Shown piece after piece: positions 1-12,866 of a DNA stretch of 64,000 nucleotides (position 1 is its first letter; each line of letters opens with the position of its first letter). The notes below the pieces were generated by a model. The model saw only the letters and a list, made by a program, of their open reading frames with translations. It made no database searches and had not been told where the DNA came from. The DNA is from Pelagomonas calceolata. Its lineage: Eukaryota. The DNA lies in the NCBI GenBank assembly GCA_918797485.1, contig CAKKNE010000006.1, positions 1,736,001 to 1,800,000 on the forward strand, given 5' to 3'. A program made the position numbers and the translations under genes.

Positions 1-1866
1 CTGAGTACTGTAGTCCCTAGTCTCGAATCATCACGCCTTTACCGAGGCAGAGACGGTGATTTAGTGCGAATCGCTGCCTGCAGCTTCATTGCGGCCCTGG
101 CTTCGTGCTCTTGCCCACTAAATGCCCCGACTCAATTGAGGCTGTTGGGTTCCTTAGATGATTCAAGTGGTCACGCCCTTGAGACTGTGCGCGCCGCTGC
201 AGCTACAGCAGTGCGCGTACTCTCAATGAGCTATTTTGGAGTGGTTGCGTACACAAACGGCGCTTTTAATGAGCCAGATGAAGTGCTATTATCTCAGACC
301 GTATTCAAGTATCTGGACATTGTGCGCAAAGGGACAACCGCGAGCCTCGCCAGAGGCTCGTGTAACTGCCTCGGCGCCTTGCCTGCATGGCTTGTTGTCA
401 GGGATAAATCAACACTTGATGTAGTATTTGAGACCTTAATTGTTCGTGCATGGCGCTTCAACATGGTTGCTGGCGAAAAGGATGCTGAAACAAGGCGCGG
501 TGCTTTAGTTGCACTCAAGGAAATAGTCACCATCATCGATTCAAGACATCTGATACGGAAGCGAGCCTTGAAGCTCCATGCTTCATTTGTGCACAATGCT
601 GCCCGAGACTTTGGCCTTGATAAGCGTGGTGACGTTGGGTCCTGGTGTCGTATTTGCGGACTTAAAGCCGCTGTGTCTCTAGCTTCAGTTATAAATCCGC
701 AGTGCAATCTTACGTCCACCTCTTGCAAATCCCGTATTGTACCTTGTCTTCTCACGCGAGCTGCAAGAATCACTGCCGATTGTGGCTGTGTCAATTTTGT
801 ACTAGCCAGGCCATTCCTGCACGTCGACTCAATTTTCAGTTGGGGGGCAAGGGAGTCACAGGAGCTTTGCTGCTCTCTACTACGGCATCTTAGCGAGAAG
901 CTTGACACCGTTCGGAAAATTTCCTTGCAGTTACTGCCAATGCTTTTTAAACGCGCCCCCGCTGTCCCAATGCGAAATGAGATTGAAGTCAGGCTGTTTG
1001 CTAATGGAAAAAGTACTGAGCTTCCAAGCCGTCTATGCACGTGTCTTCAGCTTAAGGGGGCCTATCATAGTGCGATTCTCTCTGGTTTGATTCAGTCCGC
1101 TGGCTCCAGAGACTCAAAGATGGGTAGCCTGTTTAGACATGCTTTAGTTCACCATGCAATGACAGAGGCCAAGACTCAAGATAATTCAGATACATCTTAC
1201 CTTGCCCGGTCGTTTGTCCTCAAGACACGTACTCTTGGTTCCAGGGTATCGAAGGCACCCTCTGTCGAAGAGAGAAGCAGAATGCATCTACCTCTTCTTA
1301 GATGCCTAACTGCCCTGATTGAGGCAGGGGCTCTCAATCCGATTTTCCAAACCGCGAGTCGTGTGCACAGTGATCCAAATGCTCTTGGGCTTGATCTGGT
1401 GATTTCGCTAACCTTGTTGGCTTCATATCAACATTCGAGTGATGTTAAAAAAATCTGTGCTGCAGTGGATGCTCTCCTGGCCTATCTTTCTGCCGCGGCA
1501 GTGTCTGCTCCGGTACTTGCACACCGTTCTCTTGCCACGCTTCTCCAATGTCTGCATTCCCCATACCCGCGCACCCGTGCTTACATTGCAGAACAACTAT
1601 ATGCTAGGCTAGTTGAACTCTCCATGGTCCGTGATTGCTTTGTGGGTATGGGACCACTGTCTGCTGCCCAAGAGCTGCTTTGTGATATCAACTGGGGTGC
1701 TGAAGTAAATATGAAATTCTTCGATGATGTGATCTTCCGATTGTGCCATATCCTTATGATCGAAAAAGGCCACATTCAGTCACAAGAGGCGCCGCCCAAA
1801 GTCAATCACCCGGAATGTGACGAACTAGAGTCATATGCATACTTGGTTAGAGTGGCTGGTTATTAG
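1..1866 (+). CDS. TBCD: Tubulin-specific chaperone D, C-terminal part (5' end outside window)
   Basis: Frame is open from base 1 (LSTVVPSLESSRLYRGRDGDLVRIAAC). TBCD-like motifs: DFGLDKRGDVGSWCR, LSEKLDTVRK, LHSPYPRTRAYIAEQLY and C-terminal ESYAYLVRVAGY. Confidence 0.88.
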   Translation: MSTVVPSLESSRLYRGRDGDLVRIAACSFIAALASCSCPLNAPTQLRLLGSLDDSSGHALETVRAAAATAVRVLSMSYFGVVAYTNGAFNEPDEVLLSQTVFKYLDIVRKGTTASLARGSCNCLGALPAWLVVRDKSTLDVVFETLIVRAWRFNMVAGEKDAETRRGALVALKEIVTIIDSRHLIRKRALKLHASFVHNAARDFGLDKRGDVGSWCRICGLKAAVSLASVINPQCNLTSTSCKSRIVPCLLTRAARITADCGCVNFVLARPFLHVDSIFSWGARESQELCCSLLRHLSEKLDTVRKISLQLLPMLFKRAPAVPMRNEIEVRLFANGKSTELPSRLCTCLQLKGAYHSAILSGLIQSAGSRDSKMGSLFRHALVHHAMTEAKTQDNSDTSYLARSFVLKTRTLGSRVSKAPSVEERSRMHLPLLRCLTALIEAGALNPIFQTASRVHSDPNALGLDLVISLTLLASYQHSSDVKKICAAVDALLAYLSAAAVSAPVLAHRSLATLLQCLHSPYPRTRAYIAEQLYARLVELSMVRDCFVGMGPLSAAQELLCDINWGAEVNMKFFDDVIFRLCHILMIEKGHIQSQEAPPKVNHPECDELESYAYLVRVAGY

Positions 1867-2543
1867 TCAATCTTCGTGCAGTAGCATCAATTACGAATGG
1901 GGGGGGAGCCAGATTTGACGGTTCACATCGCAAGCCTGATCGCAGTCTGCAAGTCTGGAAGTTTCTAGGTTAAGATTACTTACGCCTGTTCCCACCTTAT
2001 GACGAAGAGCGGGCCGAAATGGCTGGGATCTGACGTTTTTAGTGGCCGCGAACGTCGCGCCAGCGGCGTTTCGTGCCGCGTCGCGTATGCTTCTGGCACG
2101 CGATCAGGTTGATGACCACATTTGCGCATCTGCCCCACATCGCTGGTACTTGAGGGCCCTCAGGAAACCGAGTTACCAGCGTATGGGCGAATTTTGTTTT
2201 GGAAATTGTTTCTTAAAGACGAGCAAACTGACAGGCTGAAACATTTTCCTTCGCGCCCGCCCGGCGCGAAAAGTACACCATTGCCGGAATCTACATTCCG
2301 AAATTTCTCAGAGTCTGACTTTCAAGCTGCTAAAATACTAGGTTGCAATGTGCCTAGGAGCACAGCAGTGCACTGATCCCCGTGCTGCCTGGCCCCGTTC
2401 GTACTACTTACGTGAAGAAGGGTACTACTGCCTGTTCTTAGAGCCTGAGCTCTTACCCTGAGAATACCCGGACGGTACGCTTGCTAAACTTAGCTAAACA
2501 AATCGTCGCAACTGGCAGGCTGCTATCTTCGCTAGATCGTCGA

Positions 2544-2880
2544 ATTAGACCATGAGCCCACTTGCGAAGTGGGCCCGGAGCTCGCGATCCATCGAAGTGT
2601 CACGGGGTGCGAGCAGCCTCCAGAGTGCATTATAGACATTCGATAGCCCCTTCCCGTCGCGATTCCAGAATCTTAGAACGTCTGCAGCTGCGACAAAACT
2701 CGTAGAGTACACCCCATCACCACGAAACACCGAGACCGTCGGATCGGGCTCTCGCGACGCTAAGACAGTCACGATGGCGCATAGACTTGACCGTAGCTTC
2801 GCCCTGTCGTGTCCGGGCAGCAGCTCGTCCAGTGCCAGTTTTTAGCCACCTCGCGCCGAGATTTCGTGCCTCGAAGACGA
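2544..2880. repeat. Dispersed degenerate repeat family E, copy 1 (related copies ~47230-47355 and ~49629-49985)
   Basis: Shared blocks: ttagacca(t/c)gagcccact..tgcgaagtgggcccg (2544, 49629); ctc(tc/tt)gcgacgctaagac (~2750, ~47237, ~49955); gaccgtagcttcgccc (~2789, ~47275); cgagatttcgtgc (~2857, ~47340). Confidence 0.7.
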
Positions 2881-3676
2881 GAAACGGCCTGATTTTCGTT
2901 GCGCTGCCCCTGGGCAATGAATCCTAGCACTGGACGAGCTACAGGCTCACACGGCTGCACGAAGCTCCAAACCGAGCCGGTGCTAGAAAAGATGCACCTC
3001 AGACTGAGTTCTCGCGCTGCCAATCCAATTCCCCCCCGGCGCAACGTCTCGGCTATAATTTGGGCTACCTTAGTTACATTATCAGTGTCCTCCAGGTATT
3101 GTTAAGTGCTAGGGGCGTTTTTAGGTTGGGAGAATAAGGACTATCGGGGCAGGGTTATATTTCTCGCCCCCACCCACTGGAGTCTTGTGTCTTGTCTCGT
3201 GTGTCTAAAACGAGTCCATCATTTTAAGTATAGTCCTTGATCGTCGTTGATCGCCGGCGGGCCCGGGTTTGGGCCCGGGTTTGGCACGCACAAATTTGAA
3301 CCCTTTACCGTGACCTGCCAAATTTTTGCAGTTGAGGACAATGACTGTATGCGGCAGCCTGGCATAGGTAGCGAAAGACATTCCAGGCCCTTCAGACTAT
3401 TAATCCCCCATGGCCGCCCAACACTATTATGCCTACCTAGGAGTGCCAGTTCCGCCGGCGGCCCGAATCCACTGAGTCGTGGTCGGGCCCGGGGCGGCTC
3501 CGGCGAACTCCCGGGCCGCCGGGTTCTGGCCACTGACTCGGAGCCTGACTCAGACTTCAGGCCTACTCAGGCTCAGGCTCAGGCTCAGGCTACTAGAAGG
3601 TCCAGCTAGCTAGTTCAGCTGCGCCCGGCTACGGCTAGCACGAGGGCCGTCGGTGCCTGGGAGATCTGTCGCTCAC

Positions 3677-3997
3677 GAAGCCTATCACTTGTCACATGGA
3701 TTCTACCAGTGAGCAGGTTGAGATACATCTTCAAGTAGAAGGGCATCTGATGCGCTCGCGTCCAGGGGGAGTAGAGAGAGAGAAACCTACTACTACTAGC
3801 CCAGGGCCTTCACTGGCAACTTGAAGTTCCTACCCTAGATGTGTATCTCCCACTCTCTAAATTTGAGTCTATACATTGAGTGTCTATTGACGCTACGGTG
3901 TAAACCAATTTACCATAAAACACTCTCGTAGTTAGGTTGGCCCAGCCTTTGGCTGGTGAGCTAGGACCCTGCTACCTTACATAACGCTGCGACATAC
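3677..3997. repeat. Dispersed repeat family A, copy 1 (copy 2 at 34481-34773, same orientation)
   Basis: Both copies run from gaagcctatcacttgtcacatgga to ctaggaccctgctac(c)ttacataacgctgcgacatac, with shared internal blocks such as ccagggggagtagagagaga and tatctcccactctctaa. Confidence 0.9.
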
Positions 3998-4077
3998 CGT
4001 GACTATTGCTACCTAGGTATCTTTGACTCTGCGCCGGTCGTAAACACAGGAGAGTCTTTAATGTATTTTTTTGTAGC

Positions 4078-6893
4078 ATGGCGAAATTAAGCTACGGGGT
4101 TGTTGCTTCGTCTGGGTGTGATCCAGAATTCCCAGCAAGCGAGTTAAACGTGCATTCACCACAAACGCGTGGCTGGCAAACTTCGCGATTCTGCGAGCAA
4201 ATTACCGAGTCCCCCCCCCTCCCTTGAGCCACGGGGTGAACACAAAGGTACCCACAAGAGGTCACAATCGAATTAGCTCGGCCGGCGACAATATCTCAGG
4301 TTCAACTGTTAAGTCATCAGCACAAAATAGTTGTCATACTGAGTTAATGACACTTCGAGATTCATTCTTAGGGACTGATTAGGCAACTCGTGTTGAAATA
4401 TTCATCGGACCCAGAGCCGCCAACCTAGACGATGTGCTTTGGACGCGCTTAGGCTATCTATCTCTGGATCCAAATGAACGAAGCCAGTCGCCTTTCAGTG
4501 TGTACTTCGTGTCGATTCCCTCTTGAAAATCATCTAGGTATAAAGCGAGGGAGCTGAAGTCTGTGTACGTGAATGCGCGAGGCCAATACCTCAAACTCAT
4601 TATGCATCGCTGCCATGTAAACCAAGCCAACCTATTCAATCAGGTTGGCATTATCGCTTTGAATGTATTAGCGCGTTGTTGGGCTTGGCATGGTATAATT
4701 GCGTAATTTAGGTTATTGGGCACTTCACAGAGATCAAAAATCTATCTCGAGGCGCGTGTATTTCCCACGATGACCGTGTTGATGACCTTGCATTTGATTT
4801 TAATGTGCAGACAAAGCCATTTTCCATTTTCTTCTTTATAATTTACGATCTAGGTCGATCCACTGACTGCCAGGCAAATACGATCCCTAGTCGCAGCAAA
4901 AAGTGTTGCCATTGAGGCTGAGGATTTTGAAGCTGCAAAAAAGATTAAACTAGCAGAGCAGAGAATACAAACACTAGGCATTAAGCTTGCCCAAATTGAA
5001 ATCGCTAAACGCCGCGCTGTGCGAGATGAAGACTATGACCGCGCAAAACTTCTTAAGAAGGAGGTTTCTTCTCTGCGAAAATGTGTCAACGAAGCTGTGG
5101 GGCATTGTGATATTGACATGCACGTTGAACAACAGCAGCTAATGCCTCATTTATCTTCCAAAAACAAAGTTGCGCAAGATTTGGTGAGGCACAGCCTATC
5201 TAGTGAGCCGCAGCCTATTGTTGTTGTCCCTGAAAAGTTAGAAGAACAAAAGCAACTTGGGATGAACAATAGTGACAGTCACTTAGGAAAAAAGTCGGGC
5301 ATCTTGAAGACACCACAGTCACCACAGTACACTGGAGGGGAGGAGCATCGTGACCAGTCTAGTGATGTTTTTGAACACATTCAAGTCCGCACCACCCCCA
5401 ACATTCCTCCTTTACCACCCTCAATAGATTCAATGCCGCATTTCTCTGGGGCTCTCAGTGGCTTGCCAAATGTTGCTGAATTACCAGCGCCTGAAGCGTT
5501 TGCTGCTACCGACATTGTTGCAGATGCAGATTTTAGTGCTATTTCGGTATTCCTTGGTGAATACCGTGCTTGTTGTCTCATGTCGAAAAATTGGGCTTTG
5601 CGTGAAGCCGCTTTGGCCAAGACACGTCTACTTGTGAGCGAAGGCTGCTGGGGCCGATCTGAAGATATGGCGCATCTTTGCAGCATTGCCCGACTCGGCA
5701 TTCAGGATAAAGTTGCTCAGGTGTATTTGACTGCCTTGGCGCTCCTTGAAGACGTGATTCAGAAGTTTTCATGTCAAGACTTCAAATCCGCTGATATGCT
5801 TACTGCCATGGAACCTGCCTTAGATGCAATTGTGTCGAAGCTAGGCGACAATCAAGCTCGTCTCCGGGAGAAGGCTGTCGATGCGCTTGCCTCGCCATCT
5901 TATTGCCGGGTCATTGGTGCTCGTCAAATCGCAGCAAAAGTGATGCACTCCTTAGACAAGAAACGACCACCTCATAATAAGTGGCGCCCACTTGCAACAC
6001 GTCTAGAACTACTCAGGCGTCTAGCTCGAGAATATGGCTTGAACAGAGGGGTAGCTTCTGGAAATGGATTGCATGCTCTTGATCTTGGGTCAGTGATTGG
6101 ATTTGTTGAAATCCATGGATGTGCCTCTCACACTTTTGAGGAAGTTAGAACCGCAGCTAAAGATCTGATCGTGGAAATGTTCATTGCAGCATCTGAATCG
6201 GATCGACTTCAAGCACTTGAGCCTTTCCTTCATAAAATTCGACCGAGGCAGGCCGAGGAGTACCGAAACGCACTGACTCGAAGATTACAAAATATCGTGA
6301 ATAATGAGATCACTCATGAATCTAAACCAAGATATGACGTAACGATCTCGCCGCCTGAAGCATCTGCAGCTGACTCTATTTCATTGAAATCGCAGGCTGT
6401 CGGCCATTCCTCCCAAAGTTCTGTAGACGTTTCCACGCCACCAAGTCAAAATATTCAAGAGATACAGCAGACATCCACGTCCTTGATATTTACTTTTACT
6501 TCACACGATTACCTACGGGTGCAACACAGGTTATTGCGCAGCGAAGAGGAAGAGGAGCTCTTTCGCGACCAAATCATGAAACAGCTCGAAGAAAGAGCCT
6601 TCTCAGTAATTTGGATCTGTTTGAATAATTTAGTGAAATGTCGATCACCACGCTGTGATTGTAGGTTCAGGAAGCTTATGCAATCCTAAAACTACATTTT
6701 GATGATGCGGTAGAGAGTCCAGCGAAGGAAAATGTACTACGTGATTGGGTCAATGAGGTTTGTCCCATATATGGAGTTCTCGACACTGCAGACACTCTGC
6801 ACTACTATATAGGTCGGCATGGATATGCATGACAGAGGAGAGGATTCTCGCGACAGAACGTTGTGGGAAGTAGCGACGTGGCTCTTCCAGTAG
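4078..6893 (+). CDS. CEP104: Centrosomal/ciliary tip protein CEP104-like (jelly-roll N-terminus, coiled coil, TOG domain), multi-exon
   Basis: Spliced N-terminus MAKLSYGVVASSGCDPEFPASELNVHSPQTRGWQTSRFCE|YPQEV..LLSHQHKI|ATRVEI..LDPNERSQ|YKARELKSVYV..NLFNQVGIIALN. TOG motifs SKNWALREAAL and LGDNQARLRE. About 8 short introns; stop at 6891-6893. Confidence 0.88.
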
Positions 6894-7249
6894 ATTTGGC
6901 CGTGGCACGGAGCGCTCTCTGGCGCCGCACTACAGCCCTGAAGTTGGGGTATGTCGGGGCATCCAGGGTAGTTAAGGTACTAGTCCGACTCGGCCTCTTG
7001 AGCGTTCAGCTTTTAGCGCGCTCTCCGTGCCCGCGCGCGGCACGGGGCAGCCACAGGGCGCGTGTGGAGGTCCTAGGAACTCATACGCGCCATGCTTAAA
7101 GCGCGCGCGTCGAAAGGTACCCGTCTCGGCGGTCTGCGAGTCCCCACAAGCTGCTGCTCTGCGCGAGGCTCTAAACCGGCGCGCGACCACGAATAGATCC
7201 TCAAATTGCTGGTAGAGAAGCGCGTGACCCACGCGCACAGCGACGTACC

Positions 7250-7810
7250 TCAAGAAGTTCACCAGTTGTCCGTCGCCACATGTCAACCCGCGGTCGGTCG
7301 GGAGAGCATATTCGGTGATGTCCATGGCGGGCCACTTGAACGCCGCTCGACAAAAGATCGACCGTCAGAACGTACGTGTACATTCCAGCGAACGTTCGAA
7401 TGACGCGCCGCGCAAGTGGAACAGACTTTAAGCCGGCGACGCCGACCGCGGGGGATCGGACTCGTCCGAGAGCTGCATTTAGGACGTTAGGCGTACTATC
7501 CTAGGGCCTGTTTGAATACCAGGACGGGCGGGGGGTTGGGGCCACTCTCTGGTACGATAGAAAACCCGCACCACCCCCATCGTGCAACGCTGGCCCTCCG
7601 AGACTACAGGCCTCCCTGCCCTTCAATACCCGCACCCTATACTCCCTCAGCTTCAACTTCCCCCCACGTCAACCTCAAGTTGAAGTAAGGGTAGTTATAG
7701 GTAGCCACGGACCCCCCTCAGACCTCCTCAAACCCACTCCTACTTCTGCTGGGTTCTTCCAGACGCTTTTGGACGTTTATCTGGGCGCTCAAGTAGGTCG
7801 AGTCGGACCA
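7250..7810. repeat. Dispersed repeat family B, copy 1 (copy 2 at ~42349-42925, same orientation)
   Basis: About 560 bp of colinear similarity, e.g. ccgtcgccacatgtcaacccgcgg(t/c)cggtcgggagagcatattcggtga, gaaaacccgcaccacccc, actcctacttctgctggg, gacgcttttggacgt. Confidence 0.9.
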
Positions 7811-8167
7811 AGTACTAGAAGTAGTTTAAGTGAGAACGGTCCACTGGCAGCTGCGTATATTTCGCCGTGATTTACGCGTAATTTGCGGTGCTTATTAACA
7901 AAACCCGCACACATGCAGCTAGAGATCCTAGAAAGGACTTTTGGTAGCTACGCAGCGAGCCAAAAGCAGCACGAGCGCGGCGCATAAGCGTGCACATTAC
8001 TCGCAACAGCATGCAACTGGCAACTGGCTCGGACCTGACAACGTCACGTTTGGGGCAGCCACACTATGTGCGAGGGTGTGATCTGAGGGTGTGATCGGCG
8101 CAAAAGTCTCAAAACGGGTTGGCTCTCTGGACTTAAAGCAGGACACCAATTCAGCTAGTGTCTATTA

Positions 8168-9296
8168 TTATACTTTTGACGCAATGTTGGCGTTAAAATA
8201 TTCGTGCTTCATCGCATCTGCAGCTGAGCAGCGTTGCAACGGATCATAGGCAAGCATCTTCTCAAGTAGACTGCGACCAGTACCATCAATGCGTGGTACA
8301 ACATCGGAAAACGACCTTGGTGGAGGATACTGCATGATTTTGGGGTCTCTATTATAGTCAGGGAGCTCGACAAGTCCAGGATAACTTTGCTGTATGGGCG
8401 ATCCTAGGGTCTTGAAGATGCGCTTCAATTGGTCAGATTCTGATGTACCCGCCTAAGGTGCCGGTTGACTAACTAGGTTGTTTCATAAGGCACGGTCTGC
8501 ACAAATAGAGGTCTCGACGTAGCCATTTCTGCAAAAATACAGCCAATAGACCAAATATCAACAGGTGTGGAGTATGTGCGAGAACCCATGAGAACGTCTG
8601 GTGCTCGGTACCACAGCGTGACAACCTAATTAGCATGTTAATCATGATTGAATATCATTATTCGCACCTCATGCGTATAACTTCGGACCGGAATACCAAA
8701 GGCCCTGGCGAGGCCAAAGTCAGCCAGCTTCAATTTTCCTTCGCGATTTATGAGAAGATTTTGGGGTTTTAGGTCACGATGAAGAACGCGGTGGGTGTGG
8801 CAAAACGCAACGCCACACAGGAGCTGGTACAGAAAGCTTTTCAGGATCGCGGTCTCGAGGCCACCATCGCATATATCAAGGTACTTCTTAAGGTCTTGGT
8901 CCAGATACTCAAAAACCAGAGTCAACCGACGATCTGTGTGCACAACATCGTAGAGACGGACAATGTTCGGATGTTGAAGCTCCTTTAAAAGGGATATTTC
9001 CCGGATTGCCTATGATGTCTTCTTTGGTCTAATCTTCAGCTTTAACTGGCTGGAACACACAGTCGACGGTATGCCTTCGTCTTCTGCCTCTAGACGAATT
9101 TTCTTCAATGCTACAATCTCACCAGTTGCCTAAATCGGAAATTGATGCTAACGCTGTGGTGGCGCTGGCAGCTACTTTGTCTGTTGCTTTGTAAACAACA
9201 CCATATGTACCTATGAGCGCTCATAGAAGGTTGTGATGGATAGAAGGTTGTCATCAAACCTTCTCCAATTTTGTCAATTCGTTGATAGCGATCCAT
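8168..9296 (-). CDS. CDKA: Cyclin-dependent kinase, PSTAIRE (CDC2/CDKA type), 6 exons
   Basis: Spliced reading [84 protein letters not shown] introns of about 50 nt. Confidence 0.93.
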
Positions 9297-9954
9297 TTCT
9301 TGGGGCAAACTCGGCCGATGCTCCCATTGCCTCGCGGCAATCTGCTCTTGTGTAACTGACGTACTAGGGAGCCTGACGGCCGGGGCTTACCGGTAGGCTC
9401 CTCGTCGCCGCGCGCTTGGGGTCTGGCTGCCCTCAGGTGCGCCACACGAGGCAATCGTTTCAAGTGCGCGGCGCCGGCCGGTTACTCAGCCTCAGGGGGT
9501 ACTCTAGAGGTGTACTGGCGGCGTGCGGAGGAATATGGCCCCGAGCCCCAGGAGGTATGCCTGGACTGTGTACTGACACCGGTGAATTGCGAATTTAGCG
9601 AGAAGTAATTATGGGTGGGGGCCGCAATCGCCGAGTCCCGGTACGGTGGGCCTCTGCGGTGACTTCTGCGGTGGGCCGAGCCACTATAATTTTGCTCTCG
9701 TGTGATAACTTGCAGTTCTCTTACTTGCGGACCCCTGGGTGTGTATTCAGGTCGCCAAGCAGTCATAAAGCAGTTCGCATTGACGCGACCCCGTGATTTT
9801 ATGAAGAGTGCCAAGATCAACGAAACACCCGACATTGGACGACGCTTTGGCGTGCCTGGAGCTTAATTGTTAGCTTAACCCTGGTAACCTTCAACACCAT
9901 CTCGGTAATTTTGCTCGCTTTTGGGTGCATTCTCTGCTTATCTCACGGGGATTG

Positions 9955-12866
9955 TTAATTTGCCACTACCAAGCTAGCAGCAAAGATCCAGGAGAGACTC
10001 AGAAATGGGGTTCTCCTGTCGCTGTGCGAATCTATCTTAAACGGATACCAGACATCATGCGGAACTGATATGGCAACAGGGGGAGAGGGCGGTGAGTAAT
10101 CAACAAAATCCGAATCCTTCTTGACAAAGGTCGCGGTTGCTGTTATTGAAATACTCTGACTTGTGCTAGGGACTGTGCTGTGATGGTAATTAATATCAGA
10201 AGTACCAAAGCTTATCCGCGCTCCGATAATTTTTGCCTGGGGGTTACCCTGTGCACCGACATATGTCCATATAAACCCTAAATCTCCCGTAGCTCAATGT
10301 AGAAGAGATCTAGTACACTCACGGTAGTTCATGCTCGTAATTGCATTTTTGCAACTTCCACTGCGCTCTTGCCAGTCGGCGTCATTGCGAGTCGGACGAG
10401 GAAGTTTCAGCCATTGTGAATTGTCACGTGGGTCCGCTGCATTCCCAAAAATTCCAACCTAATGTATTTCTCAGGCTGATGTCTTGTTGTAGAAGGACTT
10501 TGGACATCACGCGGTAGTCTGTCATTTCAAAAGCTGCATTGAAAATATGCGATGTATTGAAGTATCGCCTATTTTGTGTACTCTCAAGGGTGATAATATG
10601 TATTCTCGCTGTGAACATACGGCAAGCCTTTTCCTGCAGCGTGCGGTCCATTGCCAACCTTGAAGGACAAGCTCAGAGTGACGAATTGTTTGTTAGGCAA
10701 AGGGGAGATCTTACGCAAAAGTCACGCAGTTCTGACCGATTTAACTTAAGTAAGCAACCGGAATGAACATTTACGCCAAAAGTTACCTGTGATGTCAACG
10801 CTCAGTTAAAGCAATTTATTCAATATCTGTCAAACCATATTGATCTTGTGGTCTGTGCAAGCCTCATCAGCAATAGCGCCAAGCACCCCGAGGTAACCAA
10901 TCCGATGGGGTATGACGGGGATAGGGCGTCCAAATATATAGCCCGGATTACCTGATTTCATTGACGGAGGAACATCGGCATCACTTCTGAACTGAACGGA
11001 ATACTCCTGCTGAACGACAACTAGACCATCTTCGTCCGTGACTGCAGCTGGAATGTCAGTCAGCACCTATAACTTCCATACTTGTTTTGTCCATATCGTA
11101 TGTAACACGCTTGCTTGCAATGGTAGCATTAACTGCCACAATTTGTTGTTTTCCTTTGTTTTGCACGTCCCCGTTGTGATGTATTGTATACTTGATACTA
11201 GCAATGGTATTGCGACATGCTGGAGCTGGTGGCCTCCGGGCATCTGCTATTAAGCATGGTGTTGTCGATTCTTCTGAGCTCAGTGCAGATGTAAGGGGCT
11301 CCGTGCCACTGTCATAGATAGATTCACAATCTTTGCCCTGGAAAGGACGGCTCAATTCTCCGGTTGTAAAGTTTTGCCAACTCATGTGGTCAACAGCAAC
11401 CTGTGTGATAAAGGAGTACATAAGAGAAAGAGAGAGTTCGCATGGACTCGTGACTGATGTTGGCACATTTACCCAGTTACTTCCCGCGTCCGACATACTT
11501 CCGTGGCTCGTAGTAAAGCTGCTCCCGACACGTAGCTTTGTAGTAAAGCGGCTAATGCCAAGAATACCAATCTGACAAGCTCGGCTCAGGCTCTCGGCGT
11601 CGAAAACCCGAATGCACTTGGTTGTTGTGGCCCTATGACATATACTTAAATACGACTTTATTCTATAAACAGCCACTGACGTTGCAAACTGGGCCAGACC
11701 ATACTCAGAGCACCTATGTTGCCTTGTTTATTTGCTTAGTACCCAAAGAAGACGTGCTCTCCGAGTTGTGTGTTCGTTGGCAATGGAAGACTCCCGGCAA
11801 AAGCTGCCACCTGGCCAGCAGATTATGATTTATGATGTAACGAGGCAAAGCATTGACCGCACAGCATGCGCAAACCAAAGCAGAATCTGCTTCAATGCTT
11901 GAAAAAACAGCACCAATGGAATCGCCGGAATCGTAGTATCTATCCACTATGACCTGCAACAAATACGTTAGCATCACATCATTGGAAGCCACAACACAAT
12001 CACAACTGGCAGGCTTGCTTTCCATTGGGAGTAGCCAAGCTCGGTTTGTGCAAGCTCTTTGTCGACGGTACTTGCGCTAAGCAAGTTAGGATCCTAAATG
12101 AGTTGTGTTTTGAATATCGCGATCCCGTCTGGATGAACTTTGCTTGAGATGGGCACCTTGTAAAATTTTCTTTGGGAATTCGAGTTGTCATATTGAACGC
12201 AGAGCATTCGGTCTACAGAACCTCGCGCGGTGCCTGGGTTGCACAACTAGTCAACTATCCTCCCTTCCCTCATGTTCTGCTTGCACTGAGTTGGTACCTC
12301 GCGTCGATAGAGGAAATTTTGGGTTGACCTGATCCACATCCTTTGTTGAATAGCACCTGGGGTCCGCCGCATAATGATTCGACGTAGTCAGTGCTGGCAC
12401 TGCCGCGCCTGGTTATCTCTCCATTTTGCGTTCCCTCGGGCAGACATGCCTGTATTGCATCAAATCTTTGCCTCTGTGCCTCATCGCACTCCTTATCGCA
12501 ACAGCAATTGTGGTCACATTCACCTACAAGGTAAATTTACGGTAACGTAGAGCCAGACTGTTTACCAGCGGTCAAATCGCATATGCAAGTGCAGTCAAAG
12601 ACTTCGCAGTCACTGTCTCCGCGTCCTGTCTCCCAACAATCACAACTTGGCGGCACCCCGCGATTTGTAGCATATGCATCCCCGGAGGAGCTTGTTGCGG
12701 GCGGATATTTCGAAGACTGGTAGGTAATTTCAGTCGTTTTCGAGAACATAAAAAACGGCCATTCTACCCTGTACTCTTCACTTAGGTTGCAATCTCGCGT
12801 GAGCATACATAGAGCCACCACCCAAATCGTAGACAACCGTTTCGAGCTTTGTTTGATCGGCCCCAT
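9955..12866 (-). CDS. TCTN: Tectonic-family ciliary transition-zone protein, multi-exon
   Basis: Signal-peptide-like start, Cys-rich CTCICDLTAG|ECDHNCCCDKEC, SGNPGYIFGRPI, and C-terminal LPVRFPHDVWYPF followed by a hydrophobic tail, all tectonic hallmarks. Internal exon boundaries are approximate. Confidence 0.85.
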
